Part shown: positions 19,368 through 27,324 of the stretch, piece by piece
Numbering within the stretch: the first letter of the stretch is position 1
Layout of the letters: every line of letters starts with the position of its first letter
IMG/VR virus record: IMGVR_UViG_3300019124_000103
Span: 18,501 to 82,500 of that record
Length of the DNA stretch: 64,000 nucleotides
DNA from: a virus
Reading direction: 5' to 3' (one strand)
Position numbers and translations under genes: made by a program
Notes under the pieces: generated by a model
What the model was told of the DNA's origin: nothing
Seen by the model: only the letters and a program-made list of their open reading frames with translations
Databases searched by the model: none

Positions 19368-19378
19368 ATTGCCCCGCC

Positions 19379-21259
19379 ATGTACCTACTGCAAAACCTCC
19401 CGCAGCGTATCACGGACAGCAACGGCAACATCTGTGCCGGCGCCAAGGTCTACACCTACGTCACCGGGACGACGACGCCCAAAACGTCTTACACGGATCA
19501 GGCGGGGATCGTTCCTCACCCGAACCCGATCATCCTTGGCTCGGATGGTCTGCTGCCTCAGATCTGGCTCGATAGCGATTCCGAATATCGCGTCCAGGTG
19601 AGAACGTCAGACGACAGCCTGCTGTTCACCTGGGACGACTTGAGCGGCACCGAGGGGGCAGGGGTGCTCCGCAGTGAACTTGTGTCCACCGATGGGGCTG
19701 GTTATGTCGGGCTCGACCTCGAAAATAACTATGTCGCCAGCACCATCGGCTGGGGTGTTCGTGTCGCTTCTCGCGGGCTGAACATCCTTCGTTATGTTCC
19801 GCCGTCCATGTGGGCTGCTGCGCTGGCTGGAACAAGCACCGACGATCACACGGCATACATCCAGCAGGCGATCAACGCGGCTTCCAACAGCATGGAGACC
19901 GAGGTTTTCTTTCCCGCTGGGAAGTGGAACTACACCCGGCTGTATTGCTACTACGACGCAGCGCTGAACCCCGGCTTCAACATCAACCGCAATGCCGAGG
20001 TGTGGCTGAACGGCGCAGGCTACGCGCCCGAGAACGGTGGGGCCTGCGGGACGGTGCTGAACTGCACCAGCGCCACGGGCGACGGGCTGACGGTTTCGCC
20101 CGCCTCTGAAGATGCTGTGCCGTACCGGGGGCGAGATTTCCGGGCCAGCGGGATCAGCTTCCAAGGCGGGACGACGGGCTTCCTCGTGGTGTGCCGCGGC
20201 GTGCCTAGCGCTCGCTTTGATGGTTGCGAGTTCGTGCAGTCGAATGCAGCGGGCAACTTCCTGCACTTCACCACGGCTTATTTCGGGGGGCTGGATCTTT
20301 GCCGGTTCCGCAACACGGCTGCCCAGCCCTGGAGCGGAACCGCGATCAGATTCGGGACCACGATTGACGGCGGCCTGTTCGACATCAACCGCTGCAACAT
20401 CAACGGCAGCGCCATTGCGCTGGACTGCTATACCGGGTCGTGGCAGCTCATGAGCATCTACGACTCAGAGTTGTTGGGAACCTCCTACAACATCCGCAGT
20501 TCTGGCGGGGTCATCCAGCAGCTCAACTGCTACAGCACCTATTTCGAGGGGGTGTCCACTTCGTTCATTGCGGACAGTGCGCCGAACCTGATTCGCAACG
20601 TGAACCTGTTCGGGTGCTGGTTCTTTGGCCCATACCTGACCGGCCCGGCCATCAACCTGCAGGCCCCGAACTCGGTGCAGATCCTCGGGGGTTACTCGCA
20701 GGATCAGAACAAGCCGTTCTTGAACATCGCCGCGACCCCTTCCGGCGGTCGGGCGAACTATCGCGTGTCGGGGTTCAACTTCACCCGCACGACACCAGCC
20801 CCCGCACCGGTGACGCTGTTTACTGGTGTCCTTCCGACTCTAGACGGGGTGGATTACCCGGTCAGTGATCCGAACGTCACGCTGTACGCCACGACGGCGG
20901 CCAGCGGCTTTCCCATCGAAACGCGCGGCCTGATTGGAAACGCTGCGCAGATGACGGCCGGTGGCTTGGGTGTGAGTTGGGTCAAGTCCTACAGCGTGGG
21001 CGGTGGCGCCATCATCGACCAAGGGGGGGATGCCTTTCCTCGGTCCATTGTCGTGACTCAATCGGCAGGTGCGACGGTTCGGCTCGCCGCGGCAGCCGCT
21101 GGTCTGCCGCACGGAACACTGACTTTCGTGAAGAACGCTAACGCCTCAGTCGGGAACCTTTCGGTTACCCGCAACGGCGGTGCCGTGCTTGCCTCCTTGG
21201 CTCCCGGCGCCTCGGGCTGGTTCCTATTGGATCTTCGCACTGCCGGCGATTGGGTTTGA
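19379..21259 (+). CDS. Tailspike (conserved head-binding N-terminus plus variable beta-helix), unit 1
   Basis: First ~95 aa nearly identical to 57225 ORF; DDHTAYIQQAINAA...FFPAGKW pectate-lyase-like motif. Confidence 0.8.
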   Translation: MYLLQNLPQRITDSNGNICAGAKVYTYVTGTTTPKTSYTDQAGIVPHPNPIILGSDGLLPQIWLDSDSEYRVQVRTSDDSLLFTWDDLSGTEGAGVLRSELVSTDGAGYVGLDLENNYVASTIGWGVRVASRGLNILRYVPPSMWAAALAGTSTDDHTAYIQQAINAASNSMETEVFFPAGKWNYTRLYCYYDAALNPGFNINRNAEVWLNGAGYAPENGGACGTVLNCTSATGDGLTVSPASEDAVPYRGRDFRASGISFQGGTTGFLVVCRGVPSARFDGCEFVQSNAAGNFLHFTTAYFGGLDLCRFRNTAAQPWSGTAIRFGTTIDGGLFDINRCNINGSAIALDCYTGSWQLMSIYDSELLGTSYNIRSSGGVIQQLNCYSTYFEGVSTSFIADSAPNLIRNVNLFGCWFFGPYLTGPAINLQAPNSVQILGGYSQDQNKPFLNIAATPSGGRANYRVSGFNFTRTTPAPAPVTLFTGVLPTLDGVDYPVSDPNVTLYATTAASGFPIETRGLIGNAAQMTAGGLGVSWVKSYSVGGGAIIDQGGDAFPRSIVVTQSAGATVRLAAAAAGLPHGTLTFVKNANASVGNLSVTRNGGAVLASLAPGASGWFLLDLRTAGDWV

Positions 21260-21260
21260 C

Positions 21261-21473
21261 ATGAATCTCAACGATCTGCCGCAAGCGGCATCAACTATGC
21301 ATGACCCGCGGGTAAAGCTCGCAACTGCCTGGGGAGGCGTGGGCGTGTCAGAAATTCTCGGTGCCTTTGGCATCAACTCGTGGAGCGACTTCGCGGCGAT
21401 GCTTGCTGCGATTTACTCGCTCATCCTCATCATTGAATGGGCCTGGAAGAAGGCGAAGGGGCGAAAGAAGTGA
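21261..21473 (+). CDS. Putative holin
   Basis: 70 aa; hydrophobic segments, basic C-terminus WKKAKGRKK; near-identical copy at 59180. Confidence 0.6.
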   Translation: MNLNDLPQAASTMHDPRVKLATAWGGVGVSEILGAFGINSWSDFAAMLAAIYSLILIIEWAWKKAKGRKK

Positions 21474-21670
21474 AGAAGAAGCAACCCCAAGACACAGGGC
21501 CGCGATGCGGCTCTTGTGCTTTCTGGCGCCATGAAGATGGCAACGAAGTAGGGGAATGCTTCTTCTATCCTCCGAAAGTTCAGTTTGACGACGAGGGAAA
21601 CTTCTTTCTGATTCGTCCGGTGGTTGATGACCTTGAGCCCGCATGCGGGCAGTTCAAGGGCAAGCAATGA
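21470..21670 (+). CDS. Small Cys4 protein
   Basis: CGSC...C...C; homolog at 59389. Confidence 0.6.
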   Translation: MKKKQPQDTGPRCGSCAFWRHEDGNEVGECFFYPPKVQFDDEGNFFLIRPVVDDLEPACGQFKGKQ

Positions 21671-22425
21671 AGACCCTGCTCCTGGACATTGAGACAGCGC
21701 CGAATCTGGTTCACGTCTGGGGGCTGTATCAGCAGAACGTGGGCATCAATCAGATCCAGGCGAGCGGTTACGTTCTGTGCTGGGCCGCGAAGTGGTACGG
21801 GAAGAAGGAGATCCTCTTTGATTCCGTCCACGCTTCCAGTCGCAAGCGGATGCTTAAACGCATCCATGCCTTGATCGATGAAGCTGATGTGATCGTCCAT
21901 TACAACGGGACGAAGTTTGACCTCCCCACCTTGAATAAGGAGTTCATCAAGGAAGGGATGTCGCCTCCAGCGCCGTACAAGCAGGTGGACCTGCTGAAGA
22001 CGGCGCGAGGACAGTTTCGCTTCCCATCCAACAAGCTGGACTACATCGCGCAGGAGTTGGGGCTGGGACAGAAGTTCAAGCACTCAGGGCACGAACTCTG
22101 GACCCGCTGCATGGCGAAAGATCCACAAGCCTGGGCCGAGATGGAGAAGTACAACCGCCAGGACGTGGCCCTTCTTGAGAAGGTCTACGACCGGATGATG
22201 CCGTGGATCAAGTCGCACCCGAATCATGGGGTGTACGACGAGCCCGGCATCCCTGTCTGCCCGAACTGCGGCGGCCACCACTTACAAAAACGTGGTGTCG
22301 CGCGCACGGTTGCAAACATATATGCGAGGTACCAGTGCCAGGGGTGTGGCGGCTGGAGCCGTGAGCCCCTGTCCGAGATGGCCCGAGAGGATCGGGCCTT
22401 GATCCTCCGACGCGACAACGGCTAG
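21667..22425 (+). CDS. RNase H-like (DEDD-type) exonuclease with C-terminal Zn ribbon
   Basis: LDIET, YNGTKFDLP, VDLL and YNRQDV motifs; CPNC...CQGC. Confidence 0.8.
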   Translation: MKTLLLDIETAPNLVHVWGLYQQNVGINQIQASGYVLCWAAKWYGKKEILFDSVHASSRKRMLKRIHALIDEADVIVHYNGTKFDLPTLNKEFIKEGMSPPAPYKQVDLLKTARGQFRFPSNKLDYIAQELGLGQKFKHSGHELWTRCMAKDPQAWAEMEKYNRQDVALLEKVYDRMMPWIKSHPNHGVYDEPGIPVCPNCGGHHLQKRGVARTVANIYARYQCQGCGGWSREPLSEMAREDRALILRRDNG

Positions 22426-22569
22426 TTATCCAACAGATCAAAGGCTGTTGTATAGCGAAACAGCCTCCAAGCTGTTGCCCCGAATTCGCGGTTCGTGAGT
22501 TCCGAATCAGCCGGCCCCTCGCCGCCAGGGACCGTGCCGTGTCTTTCTGACGGCTTCAGGAGTCCCCCC
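22426..22569 (+). promoter_or_regulatory. Conserved multi-hairpin intergenic element (candidate structured RNA leader), copy 1
   Basis: Four consecutive inverted repeats; near-identical copy at 60759-60901. Confidence 0.5.
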
Positions 22570-22770
22570 ATGAAAAAGCTGATCGCCGCGCTTGCGGTGT
22601 GCATTGCCGTGCCCGTCATCGCCATAGAGGTGAATCTCACCCCCGAAGAGCAGCAGTTGTGCGACGAACAGGGCGGGTGCGTGTTCGCCACCCGTCAGCA
22701 CATCCTGGCCTTGATCGAGCGGGCATTCACCGAAGGGGTCAAGCGTGGACAAGCCAAGTGCAGCTTGTAA
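22570..22770 (+). CDS. Small exported protein
   Basis: Signal peptide MKKLIAALAVCIAVPVIA; AGGAG RBS; copy at 60902. Confidence 0.7.
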   Translation: MKKLIAALAVCIAVPVIAIEVNLTPEEQQLCDEQGGCVFATRQHILALIERAFTEGVKRGQAKCSL

Positions 22771-22945
22771 GCCCTACGCCTGGGCCGTCGAGTATTCCAA
22801 AGGACTCGGCGGCCTTTTCTTTGACCGCGCCCGCGCCGACCAGGCTGCGGTGAACCTGCACGGCGTTGTCGTGCCTCTTTATGACCACCCAAAAGAAGAC
22901 TGCCGCTGCCCTTGCCATCGCGGTGGCGATTGCTGCGCCGTTTGA
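22745..22945 (+). CDS. Small hypothetical protein overlapping endolysin start
   Basis: Identical translation at 61077-61277; fills gap before lysozyme. Confidence 0.45.
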   Translation: MDKPSAACKPYAWAVEYSKGLGGLFFDRARADQAAVNLHGVVVPLYDHPKEDCRCPCHRGGDCCAV

Positions 22946-23339
22946 GGGCCTGAGAAATTGGGCCTATCGAGATCCGGTAGGAATCCCAACGATCTGCTTT
23001 GGCTCAACCAAGGGCGTGAGGATGGGGGACTACAAGACGACGGCCGAGTGCAAAGCCCTGCTCACCCACGAGATGCGGGAGTTTGTCGAGACGGTAGACC
23101 GATGCGCTCCGGGGCTGCCCCCTAACGCCTTGGCCGCTTTCTCGTCGGCGGCTTTCAACGTGGGGCCGGCCCTGACTTGTGGCGACACCACGGCGGCCAG
23201 GCTGTTGAGGCAAGGACACTGGCGGGAGGCCTGTGACCAGCTCCCCAGGTGGAACAAGGCCAGGGTGGCAGGTCAGTTGGTGGAGTTGCCAGGGCTTACC
23301 AAGCGGCGGGCGGCCGAGCGGGAGCTGTGCTTGTCATGA
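22881..23339 (+). CDS. GH24 lysozyme, probable SAR endolysin
   Basis: FEGLRNWAYRDPVGIPTICFG (E-x8-D-x5-T); GLTKRRAAE; weakly hydrophobic N-terminal anchor. Confidence 0.92.
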   Translation: MTTQKKTAAALAIAVAIAAPFEGLRNWAYRDPVGIPTICFGSTKGVRMGDYKTTAECKALLTHEMREFVETVDRCAPGLPPNALAAFSSAAFNVGPALTCGDTTAARLLRQGHWREACDQLPRWNKARVAGQLVELPGLTKRRAAERELCLS

Positions 23340-23698
23340 CGCCATACCTAACCCTAGCCGCTGTCGCCATGGTCGGCGTTCTCACTGGCGGCGCCTACTA
23401 CCAAGGCCGCAAGGACGGCGAAAACAAGATCATCGCCCAGCAGGCGAGGGAAGAACAGATTGCCCTCAAGGCTGCCGATGCCGCCGCCTCCGCCGCCGCA
23501 CAAGCCATCGCCCGTATCAAGGTTCAACACCGCACGATCACTCAAGAGGTGCAGCGTGAAGTTATCCAAGTGCCTGCTTACCGTGAGTGCAAGCATGACC
23601 CTAGCGTCCTGCGCAACATCAATGCCGCCATTGCGGGACAACCCGCGTCAGCACCTGATCGAAGCAAGTTGCCCGGAACTGACGCCCCTGACCGATGA
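23336..23698 (+). CDS. Rz-like inner-membrane spanin
   Basis: N-terminal TM segment then coiled coil; follows lysozyme. Confidence 0.75.
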   Translation: MTPYLTLAAVAMVGVLTGGAYYQGRKDGENKIIAQQAREEQIALKAADAAASAAAQAIARIKVQHRTITQEVQREVIQVPAYRECKHDPSVLRNINAAIAGQPASAPDRSKLPGTDAPDR

Positions 23699-23792
23699 CA
23701 CGTTCGGCGGGACTACTCTGAAGCTTCTGGAGCTGATCGGGCTGTATCGGGAGTGCCGGGCTGCGGCGCTGGGTAGGGACGCCACACCTTGA
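23556..23792 (+). CDS. Rz1-like outer-membrane lipoprotein spanin
   Basis: Overlaps Rz in another frame; lipobox LASC; CPELTPL. Confidence 0.7.
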   Translation: MKLSKCLLTVSASMTLASCATSMPPLRDNPRQHLIEASCPELTPLTDDTFGGTTLKLLELIGLYRECRAAALGRDATP

Positions 23793-24231
23793 TCCCGGTA
23801 GCCACGCAGCGCCTGGTGCAGTCCTCCGTGCCCCTGCCGCCCGGGAATGCAATGGCGCCGGTCGCGCCCGCGGCAACCATGCGCTGATTCCGCTCCGGCC
23901 CCGCCTTCGGACCGAGCGCGCGCCAGTCCGCCTCGAACCGCTGCACGTCCACCCCGCGCGCCTTGGCCCATTCGTCGGCCAGCGCGTCAGCACCAGTTGG
24001 GCAGGCGCCGTGAACCAGCAACGTGATCCGCCGCCGGGAGTGCGCGAGATCGAGGGCAGCAAACACCCGCTCCCGGTCCTCGTAGTCCCGGCCGCCGGTG
24101 ACGATCACGACATGCCTGTCGGGGTGGTGCCGCAGCCAGGCGATGTGCGCGGCCAGCATCGACTCGCGCGTGCTGACTGGTGGCCCGGGAGGTGATGGGC
24201 CGATGACTGGGGGATAGGACGGGTTGCCCAC
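23713..24231 (-). CDS. DUF2493/YspA-like SLOG family protein
   Basis: IVTGGRDY, LVHGACPTGAD, AGPERNQRM and FPGGRGT motifs; copy at 62068. Confidence 0.85.
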   Translation of the reverse strand: MGNPSYPPVIGPSPPGPPVSTRESMLAAHIAWLRHHPDRHVVIVTGGRDYEDRERVFAALDLAHSRRRITLLVHGACPTGADALADEWAKARGVDVQRFEADWRALGPKAGPERNQRMVAAGATGAIAFPGGRGTEDCTRRCVATGIKVWRPYPAPQPGTPDTARSAPEASE

Positions 24232-24235
24232 CCCA

Positions 24236-24496
24236 TCAGGATATGCCGAACTCGCCCCGGACCGCCCCGCCTCCCTCGGGCAACGACATCTTCGAGGCGA
24301 TCTCCTCCTGGGCGCTGATCTGGTTAGCGGAGCAGCCGTGTCTGCAGGCGGGCATGTCCGTCCGATGCCGTCCCTGCTTATCGATCCCCACCCCACAGGG
24401 GGAGTAGTAGGCGTTGCCGCAGTTGCACACTTGACGCCCGTCCGCGAAGTTCCGTACAAGCTGCTGCCAGGCTGTGAGTGAATTGGGGGTAGTCAT
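24236..24496 (-). CDS. Cys-rich hypothetical protein
   Basis: MTTPNSL start with GGAGG RBS; CNC...C...C...C. Confidence 0.55.
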   Translation of the reverse strand: MTTPNSLTAWQQLVRNFADGRQVCNCGNAYYSPCGVGIDKQGRHRTDMPACRHGCSANQISAQEEIASKMSLPEGGGAVRGEFGIS

Positions 24497-24804
24497 GTTT
24501 TCACCTCCTGGGGCATCGTGGCGGGTGGGGCGGCTGAAAGCATGGCGGACCAATACTGGCGGGAATCCGCCCACTCGTCTACTTTAAGTGCGGCAGCCGT
24601 CAGCATCGCCTCTGTGGGCTCCACCGGCACCAGTTTCCACCCCTTCGGTACAGCAGATATGCGGGAGAGGGCGGCCGTGACGTCTTCGAAAAGCTCGGCA
24701 GCCAAGGTCTCGGCGTTGTTGCGGGACATGCTGCCGTCCGCTGCGGCCTGCAGGTAGCCGCCGATCTCGGCCAGCAATTCGCGCAAATCTGTCGTCTGTG
24801 TCAT
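24493..24804 (-). CDS. Phage accessory protein with VPxGWKLVPVEPT module
   Basis: VPKGWKLVPVEPTEAM...WSAMLSAAP motif common in lambdoid early genes. Confidence 0.7.
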   Translation of the reverse strand: MTQTTDLRELLAEIGGYLQAAADGSMSRNNAETLAAELFEDVTAALSRISAVPKGWKLVPVEPTEAMLTAAALKVDEWADSRQYWSAMLSAAPPATMPQEVKT

Positions 24805-25139
24805 TCGGTACTCCCTATTGCGGCTGCGGCGCGGACGATGGCGAGGCGGGTGGCGGCGTAGGGGTTATCACCGTGCGCCTCGGTCGAAAAGCCAAGGTGG
24901 CTCTCTGCGTCGGTCAGGTTGTTGTCGATGTGCGGCGTGATCTTCAGCTTCACGGCCAGCCGCAGGGCATCGCCGTCGTCGTTGAGCGGATTCCAGAGCG
25001 AGCTGCCGCCCCGTTCGTTGAAGATCGAGAGGCCGCCGGCCTTGTGTCCCGGGAAGACAACCAGCTTGTCGGCGTCGCCCTCGATCCTGTGCCCCGCAGC
25101 CCGTGCCGCTGCCTCCAGCATCTGTCTTGTGTCAGTCAT
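24801..25139 (-). CDS. Hypothetical phage protein
   Basis: WNPLNDDGDALRLAV...RLAIVRAAAAIG; termini shared with 62741-63478. Confidence 0.75.
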   Translation of the reverse strand: MTDTRQMLEAAARAAGHRIEGDADKLVVFPGHKAGGLSIFNERGGSSLWNPLNDDGDALRLAVKLKITPHIDNNLTDAESHLGFSTEAHGDNPYAATRLAIVRAAAAIGSTE

Positions 25140-25154
25140 TGCAGTGTCTCCAGG

Positions 25155-26159
25155 TTAGCGGTGCAGGTTCTTCGCGCGCAGTTGGGTGTAGCGCATGAGC
25201 TGCTTCGGGTCTTTGTGTCCCGATACCAGCATGATTTCCGGGATGCTGTACTTCCCCGACTCCACCAGCCGGCTGATCGCCTCGTGCCGGAGATCGTAAA
25301 GGCGTAGGTCGGTGATCCCGCAGGCCCGACAAGCCCGGGGGAAGATCGACGACCAGCTATCGCCGTTGACCGGGAAGATGAACGGCGAGGTTTTCGGCTG
25401 GCGGTCGATGATCTCCATGCACCGCCCGAGAAGGGGGACCGTCTGGTTGTTCCCGATCTTCTTCCGGGGGTCTTTGCGGTCGCGGATCAAGATGGTTCGA
25501 TCCTCGCGGTTCAGATCTTCCCACCGTAGGCGCACGATCTCGCTGGGTGGCCGGAATGCGCTATCAAGGATGAAGTCGATGATGTCCGGCGTCAGCGAGC
25601 TGGAGTGCTCGCCCAGCCACGCCCGCAGCTTCGTCAGTTCCTCGGCGGTGGGGCGGCGGTCACGCTCGGCGCTGCGGCTGGTCATCCCCATGTGATTGAG
25701 GATGTCCCGAGCCTCGTCAACCACGCTCGGGTGGACCGGGTACTTCCACAGCGCGCGGGCGATCTTCAGCACCCCCTTCAGGTACGTGAGATCGATGCTC
25801 GCCGTGACGCCTGACACCTGGCGTTCCTCCGTGATGTACGTCACCAGCCGCTCGGGGGTTAGGGTGGTGGCGGCGTCCTTTGCCAGCCACTCGCGCAGCT
25901 TCTTGAGCACGTCCGCCTTGTTTCGGCCGAACGGCTTGAGCTTGCCCACCTCGTCACAGTAGCGGTCGATCAGGGCGCCCACAGTGACCTTGCCGCCGCT
26001 GGCGTTGACGCCGGCCCGTGCAGAGTCGTATTCCGTCTCGATCTTGCGCGCCCACTTCTCCGCGAGAATCTTGGTCGGGAAGGTCTGCGTCTGAGGCGGG
26101 AATCCCTTCCTCCGCACCTGCGCCCGCCACTTCTCCCCAATCCTGATGATCGACGCCAT
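25155..26159 (-). CDS. int: Tyrosine integrase, dusA-associated type
   Basis: MASIIRIGEKWRAQVRRKG start; RKDP; DLRHEAISRL and SGHKD...LMRY catalytic motifs; adjacent dusA 5' fragment. Confidence 0.92.
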   Translation of the reverse strand: MASIIRIGEKWRAQVRRKGFPPQTQTFPTKILAEKWARKIETEYDSARAGVNASGGKVTVGALIDRYCDEVGKLKPFGRNKADVLKKLREWLAKDAATTLTPERLVTYITEERQVSGVTASIDLTYLKGVLKIARALWKYPVHPSVVDEARDILNHMGMTSRSAERDRRPTAEELTKLRAWLGEHSSSLTPDIIDFILDSAFRPPSEIVRLRWEDLNREDRTILIRDRKDPRKKIGNNQTVPLLGRCMEIIDRQPKTSPFIFPVNGDSWSSIFPRACRACGITDLRLYDLRHEAISRLVESGKYSIPEIMLVSGHKDPKQLMRYTQLRAKNLHR

Positions 26160-26160
26160 T

Positions 26161-26380
26161 TCCGTAGCACTCCCCGTAGCAACGCGGCAGTGTACGGACG
26201 TGTTGGCGCGTGCAAAAGACTGGACAAACATGCTACGGAAGTGCTACAGCACCAGAGGCGATGGCTGAGAAATCAAGCACTTACGCCTCATGGCGTCTGT
26301 CGGTGGCACCGATGATGGATTGGACAAAAGTGCTAATGCTCACGCGGCTTTACGCTGCTGCTGTAGCAAAGTAATAGCAC
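26161..26380. other. attP-like site with TAGCA/TGCTA arm-type repeats on both sides of the core
   Basis: CGTAGCA twice at 26163-26181, TGCTAC twice at 26231-26247, TGCTA at 26331, TAGCA at 26364 and 26375; TGGACAAAnnTGCTA at both 26221 and 26321. Confidence 0.65.
26261..26326 (+). pseudogene. dusA: Replacement 5' fragment of dusA (att core), not continued by dusA
   Basis: Translates MAEKSSTYASWRLSVAPMMDWT; SVAPMMDWT is the DusA N-terminal motif; the expected DRHCR continuation is absent. Confidence 0.85.
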
Positions 26381-26588
26381 CGGCGCGCTGCGCGTCGATG
26401 TGGTTCGCCACGTCGTGAACGTGAGCAACCCACTTGCTGCCGAGCTTGAAAACAGGGATGGGGAACTCCTGCGCGTACACCTTGTTCTCGGCGGTGCGTT
26501 CGGTGATGCCCATGATGTCGGCCACGTCCTTGAGGGTCATTACCGGGCGGCCCTCGTTCATCATCAAAAGCGCGAGTACCGTTTTCAT
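26340..26588 (-). CDS. Excisionase-like / PrtN-family DNA-binding protein
   Basis: MTLKDVADIMGI...FPIPVFKLG...HVHDVANHID; adjacent to att. Confidence 0.75.
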   Translation of the reverse strand: MKTVLALLMMNEGRPVMTLKDVADIMGITERTAENKVYAQEFPIPVFKLGSKWVAHVHDVANHIDAQRAGAITLLQQQRKAA

Positions 26589-26589
26589 C

Positions 26590-26862
26590 TCATCCCTCCC
26601 CCCGTTCAAGGTGGGCGTCTATGGCGGCGTCTAGTCCTACGTCGCTGGTGTCGGTCGTGTCGAACGTAGCTAGCAACACCTCCATACGCTCCCAGCGCAG
26701 CCAGCGATACCGCCTTGCATCAGCCTCGGCTTTGCACAGCTTCGCGGCCAAATCCTCTGCGTGCTGCACCGCCCCTCGGAGCAGGTTCCGTTCGGCCTCC
26801 ACCTGGGCCTCGGCTGCTGCCAGCTTCTCCCGTAGGGATGCGATCTCTGTGGTGCTGCTCAT
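26590..26862 (-). CDS. Hypothetical early protein
   Basis: Coiled coil plus DARRYRWLR...LDAAID phage motif. Confidence 0.7.
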   Translation of the reverse strand: MSSTTEIASLREKLAAAEAQVEAERNLLRGAVQHAEDLAAKLCKAEADARRYRWLRWERMEVLLATFDTTDTSDVGLDAAIDAHLERGEG

Positions 26863-27104
26863 GGGTGATCCCTCGTCTGGTCTGGGCGCGCCACTCCGTG
26901 GCCGGGCTCTGCGGGCTCCGCCCCAAGCCGCTGCGCGTCTTGGCCTTCGGCTCCGATCCCTCGCGCTTCCCGTAGCGGGGACGAAAGCCCATGACGCCGT
27001 AGATAGTCCGTTGCCCGCCTAATTGCTTGGTTTTGCGCGTCGTGCTTCTTGAGGTGATGGCATAGCACGCGCACCAGCATGGCAAGTTCAGCCGTGTCGG
27101 TCAT
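26859..27104 (-). CDS. Hypothetical early protein
   Basis: MTDTAELAMLVR start, AGGAG RBS, coupled to next gene. Confidence 0.6.
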   Translation of the reverse strand: MTDTAELAMLVRVLCHHLKKHDAQNQAIRRATDYLRRHGLSSPLREARGIGAEGQDAQRLGAEPAEPGHGVARPDQTRDHP

Positions 27105-27324
27105 CTGGCACTCCTTGGGTATTCGGCTCATAAGGCGAGCGAAGCCGTACAACGTCCGCTTGGTCAACCAGCAAAGCCGGCGCGCGGTCAAAGTCAACGT
27201 CGCACCACCGGAGGTCTCGAATGCTTGAATCGACTTGACCGCCGATGAAGGCTGGCCCGTTGACCAGCACTTGCAACACCGCCTTGCCGCCGAGCCCGCG
27301 GCGCACTCTGTATCGGTTCACCAT
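27088..27324 (-). CDS. Hypothetical early protein
   Basis: MVNRYRVRRGLGGKAVLQV; GGAGG RBS. Confidence 0.55.
   Translation of the reverse strand: MVNRYRVRRGLGGKAVLQVLVNGPAFIGGQVDSSIRDLRWCDVDFDRAPALLVDQADVVRLRSPYEPNTQGVPDDRHG

Noticed and set aside
22426-22435. TTATCCAACA as a DnaA box
   Set aside because: One extra base relative to TTATCCACA, single copy per unit, and it overlaps the first hairpin stem
22422-22691. Minus-strand ORF across the hairpin element (also 60755-61132)
   Set aside because: A C6 versus C5 run next to the ATG shifts the frame between the two copies, so the upstream parts differ; conservation is better explained by a non-coding element
26261-26374. Functional dusA gene or independent small ORF
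   Set aside because: DusA similarity stops at MMDWT and the frame ends after 37 codons; it is the att-associated replacement fragment
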